A stretch of DNA of 48,490 nucleotides, filler included, from Sphacelaria rigidula (lineage: Eukaryota), in assembly GCA_964200075.2 (NCBI GenBank). It is 3 parts of 3 records of this genome, joined end to end, with 100 filler letters (N's around TTAATTAATTAA, not from the genome) between each part and the next. Parts side by side here need not be neighbours in the genome. Positions count along the whole stretch, not along the records: positions 16,207 to 32,301 come from CAXNAA020001487.1; positions 32,402 to 48,490 come from CAXNAA020001488.1; 1 more part is not named here. One strand, given 5' to 3'. The notes beneath the pieces are model-generated. The model had not been told where the DNA came from and did not search any database. It saw only the letters and a program-made list of their open reading frames with translations. The position numbers were made by a program, and so were the translations under genes. Position 1 is the stretch's first letter; the number at the start of each line of letters is the position of its first letter. Shown here piece after piece: positions 22,101-32,871 of the stretch.

Positions 22101-23530
22101 AACGTTCCAAAGCTAGCAAAAAAGCAGCTTCCGATAGAGCCGAGTCTACCCGAGAAGCTGCAATACAGAGACAGTATATTCAGATGGATGTGAAAAAACT
22201 CTGGCACATCAAAACCGTGCCTGCCGCGGATAACGAAGATTCGGGCCAGTATACTTCTGCCCTCATCATGTCCATCCGCTGCAATGTTTGTAACATCTTT
22301 CACTTGGCGGATGTGACTGGCACACAACGTTTCGAAGATTCTGACTGGGTAGAGGGCTGGCAGACTCCCTAGCACAAAGCAATGCATCGATCGATCAGCC
22401 GCCGCTCTCCCGACCTCGCTGCTTCCATAACGCAGATTCACGACGGCTTCCTCGCCGAGATGGATCCGGACCGTGTCAAGGGGAAGATAGGTCCAGTATC
22501 ACTCTCTGATTTGGAGAGGCGTCTGAGCGGCTACTTCGATAAAAGTGACCAGGCCAGTGCCATTCAGAGGCTGAGTTGTTTCGTTTTCGCCTCTGATGTC
22601 CCCTTCGCGGATTATCTCCGCGAACTCAAGCTTTTGGTTTCGGGTACGACGGGTGTCGGACGTCAGAATGGACCGAGCGACGCAATGTGTCCGACTTGTG
22701 TTCGCAATAGCGTTGCTCAACAGCATCCGGCTCTGATGCCGTCGTTGTTTTCGGGTGTCTTGGCGCATCGCGAGGTACCTTACGCCTCCATTGATACTAT
22801 GTGGCCTGCTTTTGTACACCAAGAGGGTAATCTAACGCTTGCCATACGTGGCAAACCTTCAACGTCTGTGCGTTCACAACCTACGGTTGTGTCCTCCGCT
22901 CATACCCAAGGGGCTCGTGGCAGGAATTCGAGCTCGTCTCGCGCTTCATGGACCCCGACTCAGTCGCCGGTTCAGTTATGCATGTTCAGGGTACCAGAGA
23001 TGCATTTAGCGCGAGTTTTTATGGTTCGCCGTTTTCCGAGGAAACTTGGGATAATGTTTATTTGACTTCAACAACAGCATTCATAACCGATGATCCCCAC
23101 TTGTGGAACCCACTTCTTTCGTCTTCCGCTAGACGCAATGCCTTCAGCAGTCATGCCAACAGTTGCATCAACTGTCTTGTTCAAGGCCACAGCATGCGCG
23201 ACTGTGACAATCCATGCATCAATGCCTTTGATCTCATGAACCCTGAATTGCAGGACAATGAACCCGCGTGGCGCCGATGGCAAAAACGCATGCGCGACTA
23301 TCGTCCACCAACTCGAAATTAACGCGACAATTCGAACCAACGTGGCAACAAAAGCTCTATTCGCGATCGCCGACACAACAACAATCACGGAAGCCCTCGC
23401 CAGAACGATCAAAATTCTCGCGACAACAAACGTTTCGCTGACAGACACCAGCGGACGGGACCGACACAAAGTTCTAATCCTAATACCAGAAACCCTAGTA
23501 CCTTTACTACGGATCACTTAGATCCATGAC
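19133..23530 (+). pseudogene. gag: Disrupted gag (ORF1) of the LTR element
   Basis: Chain of + ORFs (19133, 20608, 21356, 22382, 22948) linked by frameshifts and stops; capsid-like FADYLRELKLLV; CX2CX4HX4C knuckle CINCLVQGHSMRDC at 23164-23205. Confidence 0.75.
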
Positions 23531-26500
23531 GTGCCGACGCCGGCGTTCTTCGGCCTTCCACGCCGTCGATAGCACGAGCGAAGACTTTCTCAACACAGCC
23601 CGCGGAGTCCGTGTCTAAAATTGCTCCCTCGACTCCCCCGGCACTATCCAGGAGCGTAACTGACGGCCGTTCATATCGACCCCCATCTCGACCCTCCACA
23701 CACCGCGTAACAGTTGTGTCACCCCGCGACTCAGACCTACACCCGGCACTGAACTTGGTCCTTCAGTACCGAGTATAAGTCTGAGGTGTGGGAAGACCAA
23801 CCACCAGTCCCTGAGGCGAAGGCTTCCCTCAGCGACCGCACGCACAGGTAGCAGCAAGCCTTTTTCAGCTGACCCAAGTGTTGCTGATTTGAACCTGACC
23901 ACATCGGATCATGTAACTCCCACTCAGTTGGACTGAGCTCCTTCCCCGCGATTTTCAACACGCACGGACCTACCTTCGGCCGGTTTTACTAACAACCGCC
24001 CCAACATATCTTCGGCTATGCCCCAACAGCCAAGCTTGCCTACAGAAAGCAGCCCACAAGTTTCGCCCCGTCATGTCCCGATGCTGACCTCATCCACACA
24101 ACTGGACGCAGTTGTTGTTTTCATCCCCAAATGTTTTGGAAGTTCCCTGACCTTTGTCACGGCGAAAGAGAAAGCCCCGTAAGCATGCCCCTAAGGACGC
24201 GCGCGCATCATTACGTACACCTCTTTCGAACGGAAATCCTCGACCTCAATATCTCCAAAATGCGACGACTTTGAGCTCGACGGCTCTATCAAGTATCCCG
24301 GAAGGAACAAAATTACATGATTCTAACGGCACTACTTCTTCAATCGACGACTCCAGCCCCACACACTCTGGATCCCCCTTAGACGGTGATCCCTGTCAAC
24401 CAAAGACGATCATTTACGAAATCGCCAATGACCGTGCCAAACCTGGAAATAATATACCATCCACTTCCTTCTCTGGTGAGACATCTGACCCACCGGCGGA
24501 TCACCCACCGTGCGTTTTTACTGTCAGCCATGCTGATCCTGACCAGTTTACCTTGGCGGAACATGGTCCGGATCTTGTCGGCGGTAAAATGTCTGTAGAT
24601 CCGGCCACTTTCACTACTCGCGTTGCGATACATTCCGGTCCAAACGCGATCACGCCTACAAAATGCGTATCCTTGTTGGACAGCGGCAGCCCGCAAACAT
24701 TTATTCGAAAATCAACATGGAAACACATGAAGCAGACTGGTGCTGCTACTGCAGCTTGCGAAACCACCACCAAACCTCGCGTGTGGGGCGGTTTCGGTGA
24801 TGCTGCCGCACCACTGACGACACGTAAATCCGTATAACTCAGTGTTCAATTATTTCACAAAACCATTCGATCTACCAGCCTTGCAGTCTGGGCATACGTT
24901 GTCCCCGACAACACAATGCATCACGCCATATTATTGCGCAGAGATAGTTATATATATGCGGTTTAATAAACGCACCAACTGCACGCTTCCACCACTAACG
25001 CCACATTCCCCGCCGTGTGGAGAATTCAACCTCGAGCACTTCGGTACTCTCCACGGCGCCCTGGCTTATCAGAAGAATCCCCAAGCAACCGGAGCTGCTC
25101 ACCACCTACGATATAACGGTAGCGTGGGTATTACACTCTCCGACGACCCCCAACTTCTTGAAGTTGCACTAGTTCGCCGAAATGGCATGCCAGCACTCAC
25201 GGGGCATTATCTTGCTGAAATGATACCCCGTATTGGCGCTCCAGCTGACACAGAACATTTTGTGTCGGGGGGAAGACAACTCCTCCCTCTTATGGGCCAT
25301 GCTAACATGCAACCCGGCGATGTTTTAGGGATCGCCGCTGCTTCCCTGATGCACATCTCACTTGAGACGTGCGTCACATAGCCTGCCGCGCCAAGCGCCA
25401 CATCTCCGGCGGAGTCAGTCCATTGTGTCGATGAACCCTATTTCGACCTCGCCTCTGCGACTCCACCCCAGGTCCACACCGTGGATCCTGCCCAGTCAAA
25501 TTCCGATCCTCCTGCTGAAGTGCTTCGACGTTTATCACCAGATTCTCGGAATAGATTTTTGCACGTGTGGAACCAACTGCCGCCACACATGCGCGACATC
25601 AACTTTGATCTTCATGGACCCGGCTGGGAACTGGCAGTCATCGAAGAACTCAGTGATGTCCTGCTACAGTACCAGGACCGATTTTCCCGATCCAAGACGG
25701 ATCTTGGGCATTGCAAAACACTTCCCTTTGAGGTTATCCTCTAACCCGGTGTCTCGCCGATTTCTTCTCGGCCATACCGTACCAACCCAATCCTTACCAA
25801 GAAAGTTTACGCCATATTGGATGCGTATTTGGGAGCGGGACTAATACAACATTCCTCCTCTTCTTGGGCCTCGCCACTTGTGGTCGTTCCCAAAAAGGAT
25901 GGAAACACACGCATCACCGTGAATTATCAACGGTTGAACCGCGTCACTGCAGTCGGTAAACTTCCAATTCTCCGCATTGATGAAGTCTTCGACTCCTTGG
26001 ACGAAGGAAAAATATTCAGCACCTTCTACCTCGCTTCTGGATTTTTCAGAATGCCATACACCCTGACACAGTCCCACTGACGGCTTTTTGTACCTCGTCC
26101 GGACTTTATGAGTGGCTTCGAATGCCACAAGGCGCCGCCACTGCCCCGGGATGCTTTCAACGTTTAATTCAACGCGTCACTGAGGGCCTCGAGCACATCA
26201 TCATGTACTTGGATAACGCTATCGCTTTCGATGCGTCATTTATTGCACATATACGCACTCTACGAGAATTTCTCTCTCGCCTACGCACGCAAGATTTGAA
26301 ACTGTCTCCATCCAAAGCTTTCCTTGGCGCGACTGACTTGGTTTTCTTGGGGCATTCGATTTCGCCAGCAGGCCTCCATCCGGATACAAAAAAAGTCAAG
26401 GCGATGACTGGTTTGCCGATGCCAACTAACATTTCTCAGCTTCGCTCATTGTTGGGCGGGCTATCCTACTACCGCAAATTTTCGCCGAATTTATCTAGAC

Positions 26501-27482
26501 GGAGTCGCCCCACTTACTGAGCTACTCAAGAAAGGAGCCGTGTTTTCTTTCACCACCGAAATGGAGAATATCACCCGACAACTACTCAAAACGCTTACCG
26601 AAAAGCCCGTACTCTGCTTTCCTGATTGAGAGGCAATACAAGATAGCTCCCGCCTTTTGCAACTCCACATTGACGCCAGCACACATTGATTTGGAGGAAT
26701 TTTGAATCAACCTCAGGTTAATGGCTCTGTCCGACCCATCCTTTATATCAGCCGCGCTACCCTGCCCAACGAGGCCAATTGGAGCCCGCTAGAACTGGAA
26801 GGCGGAGTAATCACTTGGGTCATTAAGCGCCTTCGACAATATCTGTTTCACGTGCCCTTCGAGATCTATACGGATCACGGAGCACTTACTTGAACAACTC
26901 GCCAAGGTTGGTAAACACAACCCTCGTGTACAACGATGGTTGGAGTTTCTAACAGCATACCTGTATACCATTAAGCACCGCCCAGGCAAAACCAACGGGA
27001 ACGCGGATCTTTTGCCGCCTACGGCCGCAGATTCCAGCCCGGCTTGCCGCTTAAGGGAACCCGATGAACCCGGAATATACACGATTAGACTTTTTTCAAC
27101 GCCCGTTTACGCCCTCGACCTCCAGTGCCCGGAAACCGGTATGAATATGGGAGGACCTCGCCCTTTATCATATGACGCCGTCTTGGGTGGGTTAAAGCCC
27201 ACTACCTCCGATTTTGTCGATTTTCGTACTTTCGGTGCTCGCGCGAAACTCTTCGCGGAGACACCTCCAGTCACCCACCTTATCTCCGACAACACGCGCT
27301 CCCGATCTGCCGCCCGCACCGCACCGAGTGCCCCGCCGTCACCAACAACGCCTGCAACATCTATGAGCCACCCAGCACAAGTTCCAAGGTCCAACACGCA
27401 AAGCTCCGCGAAAACTTCTGCACCGTGCGCCACGCGCCGCGAACAATCTTCGCCGCGCACTGATACAACCCCGCCGCCAATA

Positions 27483-27730
27483 GAGTCACCCTACGGTAGG
27501 GGGGGGTATTTGATTGCACGAAAAAAGAGGCTCCAAAGTGTGTCAGACGACCTGCCACTCTCGTGGTGCGCTTACATTCAGTTCAAAACGGTTTCAATCG
27601 GTATGAACGAGCGTTATATATCTATAACAAGCTCGCTCGAGCAACCGTTGCTCCTTTCAAGGACGATTTGGCTTGGAATTTTGTGCAAGAAGTGGCCCAA
27701 AATACCCCCCCCCCTATCGTAGGATGACTC
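27483..27730. mobile_element. 248-bp MITE in the RH-IN linker
   Basis: TIR GAGTCA(C/T)CCTACG(G/A)TAG-polyG-TATTT; flanks AATA and GATA (4-bp TSD, one mismatch). Confidence 0.85.
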
Positions 27731-28403
27731 GATAACGGCGCCGCAAACATCTCCTACCCCCGACCACGGAACTGACGACACGCCTCCTGCGCCCGGGACA
27801 GATATTGACGTCGGCATTTCTGCCCCGTCGCCTACTCCCCCGCCGCCTGCCCTACCATGTTTGGTCGGCTCGCCAGCGGAAGGTCAACTACGCGAGTTTC
27901 TCGCTAGCTACTCCCACCGCGATTGGGCTCGCGAACAAAACGCAGAACCGCTATGTCGCGCAGCGATCTAGTTCTTACAACTTGACTGTCCAGTTCCTTT
28001 TCCGTCCACACTTCTGGCCCTGGTTGGGACATTGCCACCACCAGTTATTTCTGACGTATACGAGCTCGTGCGTAAAGGCACCCTTTTTACTACGGATGAA
28101 GGCGTGCAACTCCTCGTACGTCGGCCCACGCCCTTGACAGGCGCAATTGCCGCCTCAACTATGGGACGCACCGCACGACTACTCAATGACGAACCAACGC
28201 GCATATATGTGCCATTATAATGCGCCCCTGGGTCATGAAAGGCTGCCACACAGACTTGTCATGCCACCTTGGCGTCACCCGCACCCTCGCGCTCTTGGAA
28301 CGCTTTTACTGGTGCGTTGGCATGGAAATTTCAACCCGCTTCTGGATTCGGCGATGCTTTAAATGCCAAGCCCGAAAAACTTCACGACAGATAGTACGCT
28401 GGC

Positions 28404-28651
28404 GACACTTTCTACGATAGCCTCCCCCCAAAACCAGCCAAAAGTGTCACGAAAAAGATGAGCATACAGCGCCTGATGCTTGGGTTCAGGCTGCATGAAG
28501 CGCCTCATATTGGCAATACTGGCTAGAACGAATCCAGTCGTGAGAATTCCCAGCTGCTCGTTGTGCTCGGCTTTTCCCATTTCGATTCACGTGAAGATTT
28601 TGCCTCCCAAAACCATGCACTTTCTGGGGGGGGGCTATCGTAGAAAGTGTC
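28404..28651. mobile_element. 248-bp MITE interrupting integrase
   Basis: TIR GACACTTTCTACGATAGCC; perfect 4-bp TSD TGGC; removal restores the frame VRWPVISMGLPDEPG. Confidence 0.92.
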
Positions 28652-30612
28652 TGGCCCGTCATCTCAATGGGACTCCCCGACGAGCCCGGCCACCTTGTGT
28701 CCTTTGACCACTTTGGCCCTCTACCGACCACAGGTCGCGGCAACACCTACATCTTATTCTTCACTGACCACTTCAGCCGCCACGCGTCCATGTACGCAGT
28801 AACCGCCGCAGATTTCACTGCCGCCGGAACGGCCGACATACTGGTCCACGATTGCATGAAGCACTACGGTTGCCTAAAGTGCCTACTTTCAGACAATGGT
28901 CAGCAATTTTGCTCAGACCTCTCTGATGAGCTTTACAAACTTCTGGGCATCCGCAAAATTGCCACGAGCGCTTACCAACCGAACGGCAACGGTGGTACCG
29001 AAAGAGTTAACCACACAATGGCCCAGATGCTCTCTATGGTTGTCAATGACCGCCAAAATGACTGGGACCTACACGTCTCGCACATCATGCTATCCTTAAC
29101 AACTCGGTCAATGCCGCCACAGGAATTTCTCCAAACAAACTCCATATTGGACGTTACCCTCGGCTGCCTATCACCGTGTTTGAGCGAAACACGTTTGGCG
29201 GCCACCAAGGATTGGATCAAGATCAAAAATCCTACAACGAGCTAGCGCATGCACGACAAGGCAAAGCGTTCACCCTCATGCGCGAACAACACGCTATCAA
29301 CGCCTCGCGCCTAGAGAGATCTAACACTGCGCTCTACAACCTCATGCACAAACGCCCTAACTGGAAAGTTGATGATTGGGTCTGGATCTACGACAGTTTG
29401 TCGACCATCCGCCAAGGCACCAGCAAGGCAGCCAACGAAACAATTTTGAAGACAACATTGTCCCTCAATTGGACAGGACCATTCAAGACCTTGACAACCG
29501 GACCATCGTCATCATCACCGGACGAAAAACTCGTTGGTGACAAACTGCTCTATCTCGACTTGCTTCGCGACTTCCAGGGCAAAGACACCAAGCCCCGCGT
29601 CTCCGTGCACAGATGCAAACCCTGCACGAACCCGCATGATAAAAGTGACATGCCCAAGTACCTGCCTGCCAGACTCACACAGTATGTTCTCAACAGCTAC
29701 TCGACCAAGTCCCCGCCCTACCACGTTACAACCGACGACGTGACGGAACAGCCGGTTCGATTGACTGTGTCCTCCATTTCCGGCCACCAAATAACCCGTG
29801 GTCGAGGAGGCAAGATCGCTGTCACGTTTAAGACACAACGGCACGGTCTTCGGAGAGCGTCTTGGGAACGCGAATCCGACCTGCAATTGCACCGCCGTGC
29901 AATCCTCCTTTACTGGACGCAATCCCAACATCAGCATCTTGCTCACAACAAGAAATATCTCAACATGCGCCGTGGTGCAGCAGCCCGCGAACTTCATCGC
30001 TTTGTCGCCGATGGTTACGAACTTGTACAATCCAAGACTTGTAAGAAGAAGTTCTTCGCGAACCAGCGACTCCTGCCCAAGGGCAGCTACCTTTGGTTCA
30101 AAGGCAGCGACAACCTCTGGTGGTTGGGTCAGACCCACTCCGTAACCTAGTTTCGGCCAACATATACATCGTGCGCTTCATCGATGACCCCGGGCCCATA
30201 CAGCTCAAGCTTCGGCCAGCTCTATACACCACCAGCCCATCTGCATCACGCGGATCCTGGTGTAGGTCAGAGCTCTGCTCCCTGTTGTACCTCCCTGCTT
30301 TCCCCCCTTAACGTTTGCTAGGACGCCGGAGCAATTTGTGCTTCTTCGTTGATCGCTAGCACGCCGAAGCACTTTGTGCTTCCGCGTTGCGGAGCAGTTT
30401 TTTCTGCTCCTCGAAGCAGTCTATGCTTCCCTTCTTTTGAGGTGTGGGAGTGGGTACACGGTTGTTGGTACGGGAATGTTAGGCACGGGAGTGTTCCTTT
30501 CGGTATGCTTTATTACCCGCTCATGACTTTACGAGTGAAGAAAAACCTTAGTTTTTGCTGCTTTGAGGATAAATCCTCGCAGCTGTAATAAAGGTTCGTC
30601 TGGGTGGGTTTG

Positions 30613-31097
30613 TGTCATGAAGACGCATATTAGTCTGATTGTCATGCCGCTTTAGACCCGTTGTCGAGTCTGGCTTTTTGCTTTGTTTCGGTAGCCAAGA
30701 CTACAGATCTGTTCAGAGTTGGTCGGGTACGAATGTGAACCTGTATACTTACAGGGATGATACTGACTTTGGTCGCTAACCACGACCAAAGCTCCCATCA
30801 TCGTACACTACCAACTGCTCCCCTACTGCTTTCCAGCAAAATAAGTCTAATCATCGGTGAGACGTATTGACTGGTTTGGATTAGATTGATTGATTGGGTA
30901 CTGGAGTTAGAATCAAGGTAACCAGGAAGAAGTGAAGAACCTATTGCGTGAGAACTCGTATGATGCTTGGATGCTGAGCAGGTCACACGATATCTACAAG
31001 TTGTAGCAGCCTGACGGGTCTACACTTGCCTGCTAAGCTTGTGCCTTGAGTTGCAAGCTGTGTCCTCGCATTATGCCACCGTTTGCTCTTCATTACA
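30613..31097 (+). repeat. 3' LTR
   Basis: TGTCATGAAGACG...CATTACA; preceded by G-rich TGGGTGGG (weak PPT). Confidence 0.93.
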
Positions 31098-31879
31098 GGG
31101 TACGGATAGTTTCTTCTCCATGAAAATACGCGTTTTCTAACCTGCAAAGCGTTTCATACGCACTGTTTTCTTATACGAAGGGTAACTTGTCGATTTTTGT
31201 TCCGTTCTCCACGGACTGCCTGATGCCAATCCCAGAAACGGTTGGTATTGCTGTTCGACGTTATCTTCGCATGTTTAACCGGACCCGAAGCGGCCACCTT
31301 CTCTCAGGTCTTGAGAGTCGTTTAAATTGGGTGGATGTAGTTGAGAAAAATCAAACTGTTTAGCTTTCATACCTGTTGCGAACTTCGGTCGGGAGTAAGT
31401 ACGGTAGAGCAACGAAAGCTAGCTATAATCGTGGTTGCCTGCAGTACTACCGACAGCGTTGCGTGAAAGCCACAAGAGTTTTGCTGTCGGCGATTGGTGG
31501 CGTGGGTCTCAAATGCAATGACAAGTGATTGATCGTAGAGCACTCTCGTCCCAGCTTGTCATGGATGACCTCCTCACATCGGAATAGTTATGGAAAGCTA
31601 CTCGTACTGTACCGAGGTGTTCACGCGACCAGCGTGTGCTCCAGATTGCAGCATGGACGGACTCCCATGCGCCACGCTAGCAACAGTTAGGTCACCACCA
31701 TAGGTATCATTTTTCACTCCGCATGCCAAGAAGGTCTCTACAAGTGTTTGATCTCTCATACACCCCCCTCAACTGGCGCGTGGCACGCTGTTGTGGCCGG
31801 GCACCCAGAAGGTCAGATGTGGATGAAATCAACGACGAATAACACCTTCCAAGTTCAAACCGAATCTATTTGTTATTGC

Positions 31880-32020
31880 CGCACCACCGCCCTTGCTGGC
31901 ATGTGTGTGACGGAGAACAGTAGTAGTAGCGGTGACGGGAACATTGCCCTGTTTTTCAACGACATGTTTTTCAGCGCACAGAGGCGCGTCCTGTCCAAAA
32001 GGAGTGAACAGAGGATTCTG
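31880..32020. repeat. Dispersed repeat, direct homolog of 16207-16335
   Basis: Shared sequence described under the 16207-16335 feature. Confidence 0.85.
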
Positions 32021-32130
32021 TAAAATGAGGTTCATCAATGAAATGAGGTTCGAGCTCCAAACAGTACTTTCTCCACGCTTTCAGCGATGGTGCCCAATGA
32101 CTTTCTTGTCGGGCTAATGCCCCTCGATTG

Positions 32131-32298
32131 CGTGGATACTTTTTCAGCGCATTTTACCGACTCTTTGAGCTTACAGCGCTGTCCGAAACCGCCATTTCTA
32201 CTTGTTTTTAGGAGGGGGTGATATCAGGGAAAACGGCAGTTTCGGTCAGCGCTGTAAGCTCACAGAGTCGGTAAAATGCGCTGAAAAGATATCTACGT
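32131..32298. repeat. Long inverted repeat / foldback at the contig end
   Basis: About 67-bp arms (TTTTCAGCGCATTTTACCGACTCT.TGAGCTTACAGCGCTG.CCGAAAC.GCC) around a spacer of about 30 bp. Confidence 0.9.
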
Positions 32299-32301
32299 GA
32301 T

Positions 32302-32401
32302 NNNNNNNNNNNNNNNNNNNNNNNNNNNNNNNNNNNNNNNNNNNNTTAATTAATTAANNNNNNNNNNNNNNNNNNNNNNNNNNNNNNNNNNNNNNNNNNN
32401 N
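32302..32401. other. Artificial contig-joining spacer
   Basis: Exactly 100 bp: N44, TTAATTAATTAA, N44. Confidence 0.95.
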
Positions 32402-32871
32402 CCGTCTTCCGCCTCGTGGGGCGCGGTCGACCCTCCGCTCCGGGGTGGTGGGGGGGGGGGGGGGGGGGCGAACGTGCATCAACCGACGGTAACATCTCCA
32501 ACGGGGCGACGGGCGACGGGTAATACACAACATACCTCGATATCGTACCATAGGCACTGGTATGGTGCCAAAACCTCATCACCCGGGAGTGTTGCTCAGG
32601 GGGTGGTATGCGACGTAACGGCACGGCTGATATACACCCTGTGCCATGGTATCGCTATATGACACAAAAACATCAAACTAAAGTTTGTCGCAGACACGCC
32701 ACCCCTCTGGGCGCTCCGTGCAACGACGACTTCCAGCCCTGCGGTCCAAAACACCCATATAACCCACTACAGCATTTTGTTTGCCTGATAAAGAAAAACA
32801 GAGCCAACATAAAATGATTCCTATGAAGTGCATCTCTCGAACGAGGGTTTTCACTTGCGGGCGACCTGCAC

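Larger units (their letters stand above)
24154..30270 (+). pseudogene. pol: Disrupted pol (protease, RT, RNase H, integrase, chromodomain)
   Basis: PR LLDSGS (near 24675); RT SSWASPLVVVPKKDG, MPQG, YLDN (YxDD mutated); RH LHIDAS, ELE, YTDH; IN HHCC (CHTDLSCHLG...CFKCQ) and DDE core VSFDHFG/LSDNG/GTERVN; chromo SWERESDL. Confidence 0.93.
16933..31097 (+). mobile_element. Full-length but degenerate Ty3/Gypsy LTR retrotransposon with chromodomain, 14165 bp
   Basis: LTRs of 486 and 485 bp, GGGT on both flanks (16929-16932, 31098-31101), gag CCHC knuckle, PR-RT-RH-IN order, many stops and frameshifts. Confidence 0.95.
16816..31336. mobile_element. About 350-bp MITE split by the LTR retrotransposon (halves 16816-16932 and 31098-31336)
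   Basis: 37-bp TIR: ATCCACCCAACTTAAACGACTCGCAAGACCTGAGAGA versus reverse complement ATCCACCCAATTTAAACGACTCTCAAGACCTGAGAGA (2 mismatches). Confidence 0.8.
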
